Part shown: in pieces, positions 8,680-18,203 of the stretch
Position numbering within the stretch: position 1 is the stretch's first letter
How the letters are laid out: each line of letters begins with the position of its first letter
The notes under the pieces: generated by a model
Told to the model about the DNA's origin: nothing
The model's database searches: none
The model's input: the letters and a program-made list of their open reading frames with translations, nothing else
Program-made: the position numbers and the translations under genes
Origin: an uncultured Ilumatobacteraceae bacterium
Lineage (GTDB): Bacteria > Actinomycetota > Acidimicrobiia > Acidimicrobiales > Ilumatobacteraceae
DNA: 62,976 nt
NCBI GenBank assembly: GCA_964393535.1
Contig: CAYMUC010000002.1
Coordinates: forward strand, 1 to 62,976
Direction: 5' to 3'

Positions 8680-9790
8680 ACAGTTGAAAGGCGGTCTGGA
8701 TGCCCCGATCTGCCTCACCTGGGAACTGACCTACGCCTGCAACCTGCAGTGCGTCCACTGCCTGTCGTCGAGCGGTCGACGCGACCCTCGCGAACTGACC
8801 ACCGTCGAGGCCAAGGCCCTGCTCGACGAGTTGGCCCGCCTCCAGGTGTTCTACATCAATATCGGTGGCGGCGAGCCGATGGTGCGACGCGACTTCTTCG
8901 AGATCATCGAACACTCCATCGGCGTGGGGGTGGGGGTGAAGTTCTCCACGAACGGAGCCTTCATCGACGCTGCGGCCGCCGCTCGTCTCACGGCCATGGA
9001 CTACCTCGACATCCAGATCAGCCTGGACGGACTCGATGCCGCCACCAATGACGCCGTGCGTGGGACAGGGTCCTACGACACCGCTCGTCGAGCCATGGAC
9101 CACCTCGCCGAGGCCGGCTTCGGCCCGTTCAAGATCTCGGTGGTGGTCACCCGCCACAACGTCGATCAACTCGACGGGTTCAAGGCCTTGGCCGATCACT
9201 ACGGCGCACAGTTACGGGTGACCCGCCTGCGGCCATCGGGCCGCGGTGCCGACAGTTGGCACGAACTGCACCCCACCAACGCACAGCAGCGCCAGATCTA
9301 CCACTGGCTGCTGGCCCACGGTGAGCAGGTCCTCACCGGCGACTCGTTCTTCCACCTGAACGCCCTGGGTGAAGCCCTGCCGGGGTTGAACATGTGCGGT
9401 GCAGGCCGCGTGGTGTGCCTCATCGACCCGTTGGGCGACGTGTACGCCTGCCCGTTCGTGATCCATGAACAGTTCAAGGCTGGTTCGGTGCGCGACACCG
9501 GAGGCTTCACCCAGGTGTGGCGCCACAGCGATCTGTTCCGTTCCCTGCGTGAACCGCAGTCGGCGGGGGCCTGCGCTTCCTGCGGCAGTTACGACGCCTG
9601 CCAAGGCGGTTGTATGGCGGCGAAGTTCTTCACCGGCCTTCCCCTCGATGGCCCCGACCCCGAATGCGTCGGCGGCGAAGGCGAACTGCAGTTGACGGCG
9701 GTGGCACCCGGTTCGGTTCCCCGACCCGACCAGGATCACTCGCGCCCGGTGACCCTGCTGCGCCGCCGCCCGGCGGTCGCTCAGGCGTGA
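8657..9790 (+). CDS. mftC: Mycofactocin radical SAM maturase MftC (SPASM domain)
   Basis: CxxxCxxC motif (YACNLQCVHC) and SPASM cysteines (CGAGRVVCLIDPLGDVYACPF, CASCGSYDACQGGCMA). GTG start overlaps mftB by 23 nt. Confidence 0.95.
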   Translation: MSVPALTEQLKGGLDAPICLTWELTYACNLQCVHCLSSSGRRDPRELTTVEAKALLDELARLQVFYINIGGGEPMVRRDFFEIIEHSIGVGVGVKFSTNGAFIDAAAAARLTAMDYLDIQISLDGLDAATNDAVRGTGSYDTARRAMDHLAEAGFGPFKISVVVTRHNVDQLDGFKALADHYGAQLRVTRLRPSGRGADSWHELHPTNAQQRQIYHWLLAHGEQVLTGDSFFHLNALGEALPGLNMCGAGRVVCLIDPLGDVYACPFVIHEQFKAGSVRDTGGFTQVWRHSDLFRSLREPQSAGACASCGSYDACQGGCMAAKFFTGLPLDGPDPECVGGEGELQLTAVAPGSVPRPDQDHSRPVTLLRRRPAVAQA

Positions 9791-9791
9791 C

Positions 9792-11732
9792 ATGACCGCA
9801 TCGTCGGCGATCGCTCTCAGCAGTCCCTGGCAGGTGCGCGGTCGCACGGCACCCAGCCGGGTGGTGTTCGGGCCCATCGTCACCAATCTGGGCGACGACG
9901 ACCGGCAGTTCACACCGCGCCATGTGGCCTTCTACGAACGGCGCGCCCAGGGCGGTTGTGGGCTGATCGTGACCGAGGGTGCCAGCGTGCATCCCAGCGA
10001 CTGGCCCTACGAACGAGCACCCCTGGCATCCCGATGTGCCGAGGGATGGCAGCGCATCGCCACGGCGGTCCATCGTCACGGCGCACTGGTGTTGGCATCG
10101 CTGGATCACACCGGCGGCCAAGGCTCGAGCGCGTACAGCCAGGCGCCGCTGTGGGCACCGTCTCGGGTGCCCGAGGTGAACAGCCGCGAAGTCCCCAAGT
10201 GGATGGAACCCGAGGACATCGCTGCGGTGGTGGCGGGCTTCGGCGACGCAGCGGCCATGGCAATGGCGGCCGGATGCGACGGCGTGGAGGTCAATGCCGG
10301 CCAGCACAGCCTGGTGCGCCAGTTCATGTCGGGACTGACCAACCACCGGGACGACCCCTGGGGCGGCGACAAACTCAAGTTCGCTCGTGACGTGATCGCC
10401 GCCGTGCGCGCAGCAGTGGGCGACACCGGCATCGTGTCGCTGAGGTTGTCGTGTGACGAATTGGCACCGTGGGCCGGGATCACCCCCGAGATGGCCACCG
10501 GTCTGGCGGCTGAGTTGGTCGGCGGTGGAGTGGACGTGGTGGTGGTGACCCGCGGGTCGATCTTCTCGGCGTCCATGACCCGACCCGACTTCCATCAGCC
10601 ACCGATGTTCAACCGAGACGTGTGCGCCGCCGTGCGCGCTGGCGTGCCCGCCCAGGTGCAGGTGGTGTTGCAGGGTTCGGTGGTGGACCCCGACGCAGCC
10701 GAGGCAGCCCTGAGCGAGGGCGTCTGCGACGCCGTGGAGATGACTCGGGCGCAGTTGGCCGACGCTGACCTGGTGAACAAGGTTCGCGCCGAGCAGCGCA
10801 CACGGGTGCGTTCGTGCCTGTTGTGCAATCAGACCTGCCAGGTACGCGACCCTCGCAACCCCATCATCACCTGCGTGGTGGAACCCTCTGCCGGCCACGA
10901 GACCTCGGACCCGGTGTGGACCACCCCCACCGCTCAGCCGCGTCGGGTGCTGGTGGTGGGTGGCGGACCCACCGGTCTCGAGGCCGCACGGGTGGCGGCC
11001 CTACGTGGCCACCACGTGACTGTGGTGGAGGCCACCGACCGCGTGGGCGGCTTGGCGGCGGTGACCGGACCGGGTGGCCCACTGGTGGCATGGCAGGCCC
11101 AGGAACTGGAGCACCTGGGTGTAAGCGTGCAGGTGGGTCGCACCGCCAGTGACGATGACCTGGCGGCTGCCGATGTGGTCGTGCAGTGCACGGGTTCGCG
11201 CGCCGGGCGACGCAGTTTCGACGTGGCGCACAACGTCCCACCCACCGCCGTTCCCGATGTGGCCGATGTGCGCCGGGGCATCGTGACCCTGCCCGACGAG
11301 GGTGATGTGCTGGTGCACGACCCGATCGGTGGCCCCATCGCCGTGGCCTTGGCCGAGGAGTTGGGCGATCGGGCCATCCTGGTGACGCCGGATCAGATCG
11401 CCGGTAACGAACTGGCCCGCACGGGCGACCTGGCTCCGGCCAACGTGCGCCTGGCACAACGGGGTGTTCGCATCGAGCGACGGGCACTCCTGCGTCGGGT
11501 GGAGCGTGATCCCTTCGGCAACCCCGACCAGGTGGTGGCGGTGGTGCAGGACCGCTTCTCGGGGGAACGCCGCGAGTTCACCGTGAGCGCCGTGGTCGAC
11601 TGCGGCTTCCGCCTGCCTACGCCAGCTCTGGAGGGAGCTCACCTTCAGGCCGGAGACTGTGTGGCACCCCGGACCTTGCTGGAAGCGATCCTCGAGGGTC
11701 GTCGGGTGGCGTTGGCCGTGGACGGCGTATGA
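9792..11732 (+). CDS. FadH/Old-Yellow-Enzyme family flavoprotein (FMN TIM barrel + 4Fe-4S + FAD/NAD domain), mycofactocin-locus paralogue 1
   Basis: 646 aa. OYE N-terminus (FYERRAQGGCGLIVTEGASVHP), Cys cluster (CLLCNQTCQVR...CVVEP) and Rossmann motif (VLVVGGGPTGLEAA). Starts 1 nt after the mftC stop. Confidence 0.85.
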   Translation: MTASSAIALSSPWQVRGRTAPSRVVFGPIVTNLGDDDRQFTPRHVAFYERRAQGGCGLIVTEGASVHPSDWPYERAPLASRCAEGWQRIATAVHRHGALVLASLDHTGGQGSSAYSQAPLWAPSRVPEVNSREVPKWMEPEDIAAVVAGFGDAAAMAMAAGCDGVEVNAGQHSLVRQFMSGLTNHRDDPWGGDKLKFARDVIAAVRAAVGDTGIVSLRLSCDELAPWAGITPEMATGLAAELVGGGVDVVVVTRGSIFSASMTRPDFHQPPMFNRDVCAAVRAGVPAQVQVVLQGSVVDPDAAEAALSEGVCDAVEMTRAQLADADLVNKVRAEQRTRVRSCLLCNQTCQVRDPRNPIITCVVEPSAGHETSDPVWTTPTAQPRRVLVVGGGPTGLEAARVAALRGHHVTVVEATDRVGGLAAVTGPGGPLVAWQAQELEHLGVSVQVGRTASDDDLAAADVVVQCTGSRAGRRSFDVAHNVPPTAVPDVADVRRGIVTLPDEGDVLVHDPIGGPIAVALAEELGDRAILVTPDQIAGNELARTGDLAPANVRLAQRGVRIERRALLRRVERDPFGNPDQVVAVVQDRFSGERREFTVSAVVDCGFRLPTPALEGAHLQAGDCVAPRTLLEAILEGRRVALAVDGV

Positions 11733-12603
11733 GCCGCAATCGTTCGGGCAATCGCTCGACGGCGAACAACGGCGCGTAGGCGATGCCGCTCAGCGGGTAG
11801 GGAAAAGCGATGGCCATGAGCGCCACCGTGCCCACGTGGAAACCCCATGCCGCAAGCACCCATCCCGTTCGTAGCCGGCCGCCCAACAGTGCCAGGGGAG
11901 CACCCAGTTCCACCGCAACGGTGGCCAGCGCTATGGGCGGGAAGACGGCGTCGAAGCGCACCGCCCAACCACCCAGGGGTGAGTAGATGTCTCCCAGGAG
12001 CACCTTGCGCAGATTGTCGAAGGCGACCTGATTCCGAAGGACGTCTCCCACCAACCAGTCAGCCCCGCCGTAGCGGACCTTGGCGACGCCGGCCACCACG
12101 TACCCCACGACGCTCGCCACGGCCATGGCCCTGATCGGCCAGCCGAAGTCGGCGTGGCTCGAGGGCGCGGTGCACGTACCGCGACGGGCGTCGAGCGACC
12201 ACACCACGGCAGCCGGGGTGAGGGCCAGGATGAGGACGTGGATGACCACCAGATGCTCGGTGTGCAACACATGACCCCACGACAGGCGGTGTGTGGTGAC
12301 GAGCAGGAACCCCGTGGCGAACAACGGCCCGGTGAGGCGGTATCGCCACCCGACGGTCGCCGCCACGCCCAGGACCAACGTGACACCGAACAGTGCCTGC
12401 ACGACACCGGGTGACGGTGCCGAGGTCAGCGGCGACAGCACACCCACGGGCCGCCACTGCCAGGCCGGACGATGGGTGGCGCTCCAGAACGAGGCCACGC
12501 GAGCCACGAGGAACAGCGTGGCGTAGCCCATGATCAACCACCGCAACGCCGCCAGGCGAGTGGCGGGCGCCGGCGCCATGAGCCACCAGTGCACCCGGTT
12601 CAC
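11617..12603 (-). CDS. Polytopic membrane protein, HTTM (vitamin-K carboxylase-like)/SdpB-like
   Basis: Track ORF trimmed to GTG 12603, a GTGA overlap with the upstream small gene (alternative ATG 12579). About 328 aa with roughly 8 hydrophobic segments, rich in Trp and Arg (RLAALRWLIMGYATLFLV...). The family call is pattern recognition only. The 3' end overlaps the convergent OYE-1 gene by 116 nt. Confidence 0.5.
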   Translation of the reverse strand: MNRVHWWLMAPAPATRLAALRWLIMGYATLFLVARVASFWSATHRPAWQWRPVGVLSPLTSAPSPGVVQALFGVTLVLGVAATVGWRYRLTGPLFATGFLLVTTHRLSWGHVLHTEHLVVIHVLILALTPAAVVWSLDARRGTCTAPSSHADFGWPIRAMAVASVVGYVVAGVAKVRYGGADWLVGDVLRNQVAFDNLRKVLLGDIYSPLGGWAVRFDAVFPPIALATVAVELGAPLALLGGRLRTGWVLAAWGFHVGTVALMAIAFPYPLSGIAYAPLFAVERLPERLRLIRRPRPTPPDDPRGSLPARSGVPHSLRPEGELPPELA

Positions 12604-13064
12604 GGCGTCACACCGGGGAGGTCGCAGCGATGGTGGACCACCCGCTCCAGTGGCGTGCGCCGACCCTGAAACCAGTCCACGGCGTCGAAGCGTTCGGTGA
12701 CGATCTCGATACGCTCCGCCGCCGCAAGCCCCGACCGGGCCACCCGGAGAGCGATCTCGTCGCACAGGACCGCAGTGGTGCCCTCGGCCACGGCTCGCCG
12801 CAGTGTGGCAGCTGCCGAGATCACCTCGTCGGTGCCGGCAAGGCGGCGCGGACCCAGTCGCCACACCTGCATGTCCTCGCCTTGGCCACGGGCCGCCACC
12901 GCTGTGACCACCGCCTCGGTACTGCTGCGCGGAGAGGCGAACATGGGCAGGTTCGACACCGGGTAACTGTCGCGTTCGGCGAGGACGGGCCACACACCTA
13001 GGCCGATCACGATGGCGACGAGGACCGACCACGCCCGCCACGACCTGCGCATCGTCCCGAACAT
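12600..13064 (-). CDS. Small N-terminally anchored protein (SdpA-like by size and position)
   Basis: 154 aa with a single N-terminal TM (WSVLVAIVIGLGVWPVL). Translationally coupled (GTGA) to the HTTM-like gene. I recognised no motif. Confidence 0.4.
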   Translation of the reverse strand: MFGTMRRSWRAWSVLVAIVIGLGVWPVLAERDSYPVSNLPMFASPRSSTEAVVTAVAARGQGEDMQVWRLGPRRLAGTDEVISAAATLRRAVAEGTTAVLCDEIALRVARSGLAAAERIEIVTERFDAVDWFQGRRTPLERVVHHRCDLPGVTP

Positions 13065-13105
13065 AACCGCCCGGTGTCGCCTCGCTGGACCCTAAGGTTC
13101 GCCCG

Positions 13106-14914
13106 ATGACGTCCCTCAGGCCTGCCGGACCCGTCCGAGTAGTGCTGGTGTGGCTGCTGGTGACCCTGGGTGTGCTGGCGGTGGCCCGCACCGTGGTGGC
13201 CCTGCCCGAACGCTGTGGATCCCCCACCGCCGAGACCGTCGATGCCGCCATTGCCGACACCGTCGCGTGGTACGTGCGCAACCAACGACCCGATGGTCGG
13301 TGGTTGTACCGCTATGACGGCGTCGCCGACGTGGACCTGGGTGACTACAACTGGGTGCGACACGCAGGCGTGTTGCTGTCGTTGGAGCAGGCGGCCCGAT
13401 TCCTCGACGGCCCGGTGGCCGAGGCGGCGGCCACCACCGCCGACCGAGGGTGGGAGGCCGCGGAGCGTGAGGCGATCACCGTGCCGACCGCGGCGGGCCC
13501 CGGGCGACTGCTGGCCACCACCGGAGGTTCGGCACTGGCGGGTGTGGCCTGGGCCGAGCGCCGTGAACGCACCGGCGACTCGACCCTCGACGACGACTTG
13601 GCCCAGTGGGTGCGCCTGGTGGCCTCGCAGGTACAGAGCGACGGGTCGGTGCTGAATCAGGTGGACCGCACCACCGGGGAGGGCCTGCCCGGCTCAACCG
13701 GACCGTTCTCCACCGGGCAGGCACTGTTCCTGCTGTACCGAACCGCCCGCCTGGTGGCGCAACAGGGTGTGGACGTGGGCGCTGACCTCTCCAGCACACT
13801 GGAACCCACGGGCCGTCGCATCGGCCAGTACATCGCGCGCGACCGGGCGGCTGCTGAGGGTTTCGTCCCCGACACCTCGGACCACTGGGGGGCCTACGGT
13901 TTCGCCGACCTCATGACCACCCCGGGCGGGTCCGCCTTCCTCACCCACGACGAGTTGTCGTTCGCCCGAGAGCAGATCGGCATCGGTGGTGTGCAGGTGC
14001 GCTACGAGTCGCAGCGCACCAACGGTGGCCTCGACCGCTGGCTACGCGGCCGCCAGACCCTGCCCGCCGGTCTGGGCACGGTGGGCGAACTGCTGGGTGG
14101 CTGGTGGACCGTCACCACCGTTCACCCCGCCCTGACCCAGTACCGACCGGCGGTGGAGAGCCGTCTGGCCTGTACCGCTGGCATGTTGGTGGACCGTCAG
14201 ACCCGAGGTGCCGACGCCGATGCCGCCGCCGATCCCGATCGCTCACGCGGAGCGTGGTTCCAGTTCGGCATCACCCAGATGGACGACCAGCAACACGCGC
14301 TGTCGGCACTGCTGCTGGCCCGGGTGACGGGGGCCGTTCCCGACCAGGGCCGTCTCGAACTCATCCCCCGGCGACCTGTGGTGCCCGAATCGGCTGTCGT
14401 GGTGATCCTGGCGGCGGTGGCGCTGTTGAACCCGGTGCGCCTGGCACGGCGAGGCAGGGGCTGCGCCGTGGCTCGGCCGGCTGCGGCGTCGTTGGCGGTG
14501 TTGGCCGCCGTCACGGCGGTGGGTGGCCCCGTGCTGCGGGCGCTCGACATCTCGGCTGCCACCGCCGTGGTGGCCGCCGGGCTGATCGCGGTCATCGCTG
14601 GGGGGTTGGGCATGGTGACTGCCGAGCGGGATGCACGCCCGGGGGATGCCGGCCCAGTGGACCTGGCGACCACGGCACTGCTGCGACCCGAACTCCTCGT
14701 CGCCAGTCTGGCCGTGGGAGCGGGCGGCCAGGGATGGACCTGGATCGCCACCCTGGCCGTCGCCGTCGTGGCCGGTGCCGCACTGGCCAGTCGCCGACCG
14801 GACCCAGCGCGTTCCGACCGGACACGCGTGTGGGCCTGGGCGGTTCGGCTGATCGCCGTGGGTGCTGTCGTCGCTGGCGTGGCGTTGCTGGTGGAGGGCA
14901 TCTACGCCGTGTGA
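13106..14914 (+). CDS. Membrane protein: N-terminal anchor, alpha/alpha-toroid (prenyltransferase/terpene-cyclase-like) domain, C-terminal multi-TM domain
   Basis: 602 aa. N-terminal TM (VVLVWLLVTLGVLAV), a QW-like repeat (AWYVRNQRPDGRWLY), and 5-6 C-terminal hydrophobic helices. Function unknown. Confidence 0.55.
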   Translation: MTSLRPAGPVRVVLVWLLVTLGVLAVARTVVALPERCGSPTAETVDAAIADTVAWYVRNQRPDGRWLYRYDGVADVDLGDYNWVRHAGVLLSLEQAARFLDGPVAEAAATTADRGWEAAEREAITVPTAAGPGRLLATTGGSALAGVAWAERRERTGDSTLDDDLAQWVRLVASQVQSDGSVLNQVDRTTGEGLPGSTGPFSTGQALFLLYRTARLVAQQGVDVGADLSSTLEPTGRRIGQYIARDRAAAEGFVPDTSDHWGAYGFADLMTTPGGSAFLTHDELSFAREQIGIGGVQVRYESQRTNGGLDRWLRGRQTLPAGLGTVGELLGGWWTVTTVHPALTQYRPAVESRLACTAGMLVDRQTRGADADAAADPDRSRGAWFQFGITQMDDQQHALSALLLARVTGAVPDQGRLELIPRRPVVPESAVVVILAAVALLNPVRLARRGRGCAVARPAAASLAVLAAVTAVGGPVLRALDISAATAVVAAGLIAVIAGGLGMVTAERDARPGDAGPVDLATTALLRPELLVASLAVGAGGQGWTWIATLAVAVVAGAALASRRPDPARSDRTRVWAWAVRLIAVGAVVAGVALLVEGIYAV

Positions 14915-14954
14915 ACCGCAGCAGGGACCCGTCGATGTGCCACGCTGACCGACC

Positions 14955-15557
14955 GTGACTGTGACCGTCGCCCTGCTGGTGCCGCTCGCCTACCTGCTGG
15001 GCACGTTCCCCAGCGCCCAGTTGGTGGCCCGGCGACGCGGCGTCGATGTGACCGCATCGGGATCGGGCAACCCAGGTGCCAGCAATGTCGGCCGACTCTT
15101 GGGGCGCAAGGCTGGAGTGGCGGTGTTTGTGCTGGACGCCGCCAAGGGCGCCATTCCCGCAGTGGTGGGGGCGATGCTGACCGGACGCGGTGGCGGCCTG
15201 GTGTTGGGCGCAGCCGCCCTCCTGGGCCACGTGTATCCGGCCACCCGCCAGTGGCGCGGCGGCAAGGGGGTGGCGACCGCCGGTGGGGTGTGCGTGGCGC
15301 TGTACACCGTGGTGGCGGTCGTGGCCATCGGCCTGTGGGTGGTGCTGGCCAAGGCCAGCGGCAAGGCCTCGCTGGCATCGCTGCTGGCCACCCTCACCGT
15401 TCCGTTGGGGTTGGTGGCGATGGGTCGACCCTGGGGCGAGTTGCTCGGCGTGGCAGCGATGGCCGGCCTCATCGTGGTGCGGCACCGGGTGAACCTGCGC
15501 CGTCTGGTGCGTGGTGACGAGTTGGCCGTGACACAACGGGGAACCCGGTCGGGCTGA
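14955..15557 (+). CDS. plsY: Glycerol-3-phosphate acyltransferase PlsY
   Basis: 200 aa. PlsY blocks: GSGNPGASNVGRLLG, DAAKGAIP, GGKGVATAGG. Confidence 0.9.
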   Translation: MTVTVALLVPLAYLLGTFPSAQLVARRRGVDVTASGSGNPGASNVGRLLGRKAGVAVFVLDAAKGAIPAVVGAMLTGRGGGLVLGAAALLGHVYPATRQWRGGKGVATAGGVCVALYTVVAVVAIGLWVVLAKASGKASLASLLATLTVPLGLVAMGRPWGELLGVAAMAGLIVVRHRVNLRRLVRGDELAVTQRGTRSG

Positions 15558-15585
15558 GCCCGTGCCGGACACGTATCGTGGGGCC

Positions 15586-17571
15586 ATGGCGTACCGGTAC
15601 CTGTGGTCTCCCCTGGCGCTGGGGCCTGTCACGGTGCGAAACCGCATCGTGTTCAGCGCTCACCTCACCAACTACGCCCGTGATGGTCTCCCCACCGAAC
15701 AGCACGCCGCCTACTACGCCGCTCGGGCTGCTGGCGGGGCGGGCTTGATCATCACCGAGGAACACTCCACGCACCCCACCGACTGGCCGTACGAGAAGCT
15801 CATCCACGGCTTCCACCGCGACGTCATCCCCGGCTACCGGCGCATCACCGAGGCCGTGCACCGCCACCGTGTTCCCATCTTCGCCCAGATCAATCACAAC
15901 GGTGGCCAGGCCTCTTCCATGTACAGCCGCCTACCCGTGTGGGCTCCCTCGCCGGTGGCCGACCCATTGTTCCGCGAAGTCCCCAAAGCCGTGACCCTGG
16001 CCGAGATCGACGAGATCGTCGCCGGCTACGCCCAAGTGGCCGAGCACTGTGCCGAGGGCGGGTTCGACGGCATCGAGTTGCAGTGCAGCCACTCGTCCAT
16101 CGTGCGCGGCTTCCTGTCGCCGGCCACCAACCACCGCACCGACCAGTACGGCGGTTCGGTGGCCAACCGCACCCGTCTTCTGCTGCAGATCGTGGACGCC
16201 GTGCGCGCCGTGGTGGGCAACCGGCTGACCCTGGGTGTGCGCCTGTGCGGCGACGAATTGATCGAGGGTGGCACCACCATCGACGAAGCCGTCGAGGTGG
16301 CGCAGTTGGTGGAGGCCCACGGCAAGGTCGACTACCTCAACACCTCCATCGGCGTGGCGACGGCCAGCCTGCACATGATCGAGGCCAGCATGCATGTGCC
16401 CCCGGGCTACGCGCTGTACATCCCCAGTGCGCTGCGCAAGGCGGTGGACCTTCCCGTGGTGGGCGTGGGACGATTCAAGGACCCCTTGCAAGCCGAACGG
16501 GCTCTGGCCGAGGGGCACTGTGACCTGGTCGGGGTGGTACGGGGCCAGATCGCCGACCCCGACTTCGCCGCCAAGGCCCGAGCAGGCGCCACCGACGACA
16601 TCCGCCTGTGCCTGAGCTGCAATCAGGAATGTGTGGGACGCATGGGCCTGAACCGATGGCTGGGATGCATCGAGAACCCCCGCACGGGCCGCGAGCACCA
16701 GTGGGTGACCCTCGGCCACGGTCGCCCGGCCACCACCCGACGCCGGGTGCTCGTCATCGGGGCCGGACCCGCCGGCCTCCAGGCCGCCATCGCCGCCGCC
16801 AGGGCCGGACATGAGGTCACGGTGCTGGAACGCGACCGGCAGGCCGGCGGCCAGGTGCGCTGGGCTGCCTCGGTACCCAATCGCGCCGAGTTCGGCGACA
16901 TCATCCGCAACCAACTCGCCGAGGCACGCCGCCTGGGTGTGACCATCGAGTTCGGGGTGTCGGCCTGGCCGGGCCTGGTGGAGGAGCGCCACCCCGATCA
17001 CGTCATCGTGGCAACCGGCGCCGAACCGCAGCGCCCGTGGTGGGTCCCCGCAGACGCCTGCGATGCCGCGAGCGGCTGGGTGTGCGACGTGCGCGAGGTG
17101 CTGGACGGGACCGCTCCCCGTGGCGGGCCGGCCTCGGGAGAGTCGGTGGTCATCGTCGACGAGCTCGGCTTCCATCACGCCACCTCGGTGGCCGAGTTGC
17201 TGGCCGACCGGGGGTGCTCGGTGGAGATCGTCACACCAGGCATGGTGGTGGGTCAGGACTTGGGGATCACCCTCGACATGGAGGGCTGGTGGATGCGGGC
17301 CCACGCCAAGGGCATCGTGCAATCGACCGACCTCGTACCCATGGGCATGGCGGGTCGGGAACTCACCCTGCTGCATCACCCCACCGGCGTGAACCACTCC
17401 CGAACCGTCGACTGGGTCGTGTTGGCTGTGCCGCCGTCACCCGTGGAGTGGCTGTACCACGATCTGCGAACGGCCGGGTTCAGCGTGGAGCGCGTCGGCG
17501 ACTGCGTGGCACCGCGCCGCGCACACGCGGCGGTGGTCGAGGGCGAGCGAGCCGGAGCGTCGGTGGCCTGA
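15586..17571 (+). CDS. FadH/Old-Yellow-Enzyme family flavoprotein, mycofactocin-locus paralogue 2
   Basis: Start chosen at ATG 15586 (MAYRYLWSPL); the track start is 15562. OYE barrel (AYYAARAAGGAGLIITEEHSTHP), Cys cluster (CLSCNQECVGR...CIENP) and Rossmann motif (VLVIGAGPAGLQAA). Confidence 0.85.
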   Translation: MAYRYLWSPLALGPVTVRNRIVFSAHLTNYARDGLPTEQHAAYYAARAAGGAGLIITEEHSTHPTDWPYEKLIHGFHRDVIPGYRRITEAVHRHRVPIFAQINHNGGQASSMYSRLPVWAPSPVADPLFREVPKAVTLAEIDEIVAGYAQVAEHCAEGGFDGIELQCSHSSIVRGFLSPATNHRTDQYGGSVANRTRLLLQIVDAVRAVVGNRLTLGVRLCGDELIEGGTTIDEAVEVAQLVEAHGKVDYLNTSIGVATASLHMIEASMHVPPGYALYIPSALRKAVDLPVVGVGRFKDPLQAERALAEGHCDLVGVVRGQIADPDFAAKARAGATDDIRLCLSCNQECVGRMGLNRWLGCIENPRTGREHQWVTLGHGRPATTRRRVLVIGAGPAGLQAAIAAARAGHEVTVLERDRQAGGQVRWAASVPNRAEFGDIIRNQLAEARRLGVTIEFGVSAWPGLVEERHPDHVIVATGAEPQRPWWVPADACDAASGWVCDVREVLDGTAPRGGPASGESVVIVDELGFHHATSVAELLADRGCSVEIVTPGMVVGQDLGITLDMEGWWMRAHAKGIVQSTDLVPMGMAGRELTLLHHPTGVNHSRTVDWVVLAVPPSPVEWLYHDLRTAGFSVERVGDCVAPRRAHAAVVEGERAGASVA

Positions 17572-18203
17572 TGGAGTGGGCGACCGATGCGCTCGAAGCG
17601 CTGAAAGATCTGTCGGGATCTCCGTGGTTCTACCTGGTGATCCTGCTGGGGACCCTGTTCGACTCGGTGCTACCCATCGCCCCCAGCGAGACCTTGGTCA
17701 TCGCCGGTGGCGTCGCAGCGGGGTTGGGGGATCTGAACCTGGGACTCGTGGTGTTGTCGGCATGGATGGGCGCCGTTGCAGGCGACCACGTGTCGTACCT
17801 CGTGGGGCGACGCGCCAGTGGTTGGTTCATCAGGCGGGCCGATCGCAAGGAGAAGACCGCCAACCGACTCGCCTGGGCCAGCAACCAGATCAAGGTGCGC
17901 GGCGGTCTGCTGCTGATCACGGCACGGTTCGTACCTGCTGGACGAACCGTGCTGACCCTGGCGGCGGGGATCACCCGGCAACGCACCGCATGGTTCACCG
18001 GTTGGGTGCTGGTGGCCGTGACGATCTGGTCCAGCTACGCCTCGATGCTCGGCTACATCGGTGGGCAGGCCTTCGAGGAGAACGAGAACGCTGCGTTCCT
18101 CACCGCCTTCGGTTTCGCATTCGGTGTGACCGGTGTGGCCGAAGTGGTGCGTTTCATCCGAAACCGCCGCCTCGCCCGTCGCCTGAAGGGAGCCACCACA
18201 TGA
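17571..18203 (+). CDS. DedA/SNARE-associated family membrane protein
   Basis: Trimmed to ATG 17571, a TGATG overlap with the OYE-2 stop. DedA-like blocks: FDSVLPIAPSETLVIAGG, ITARFVPAGRT. Confidence 0.8.
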   Translation: MEWATDALEALKDLSGSPWFYLVILLGTLFDSVLPIAPSETLVIAGGVAAGLGDLNLGLVVLSAWMGAVAGDHVSYLVGRRASGWFIRRADRKEKTANRLAWASNQIKVRGGLLLITARFVPAGRTVLTLAAGITRQRTAWFTGWVLVAVTIWSSYASMLGYIGGQAFEENENAAFLTAFGFAFGVTGVAEVVRFIRNRRLARRLKGATT

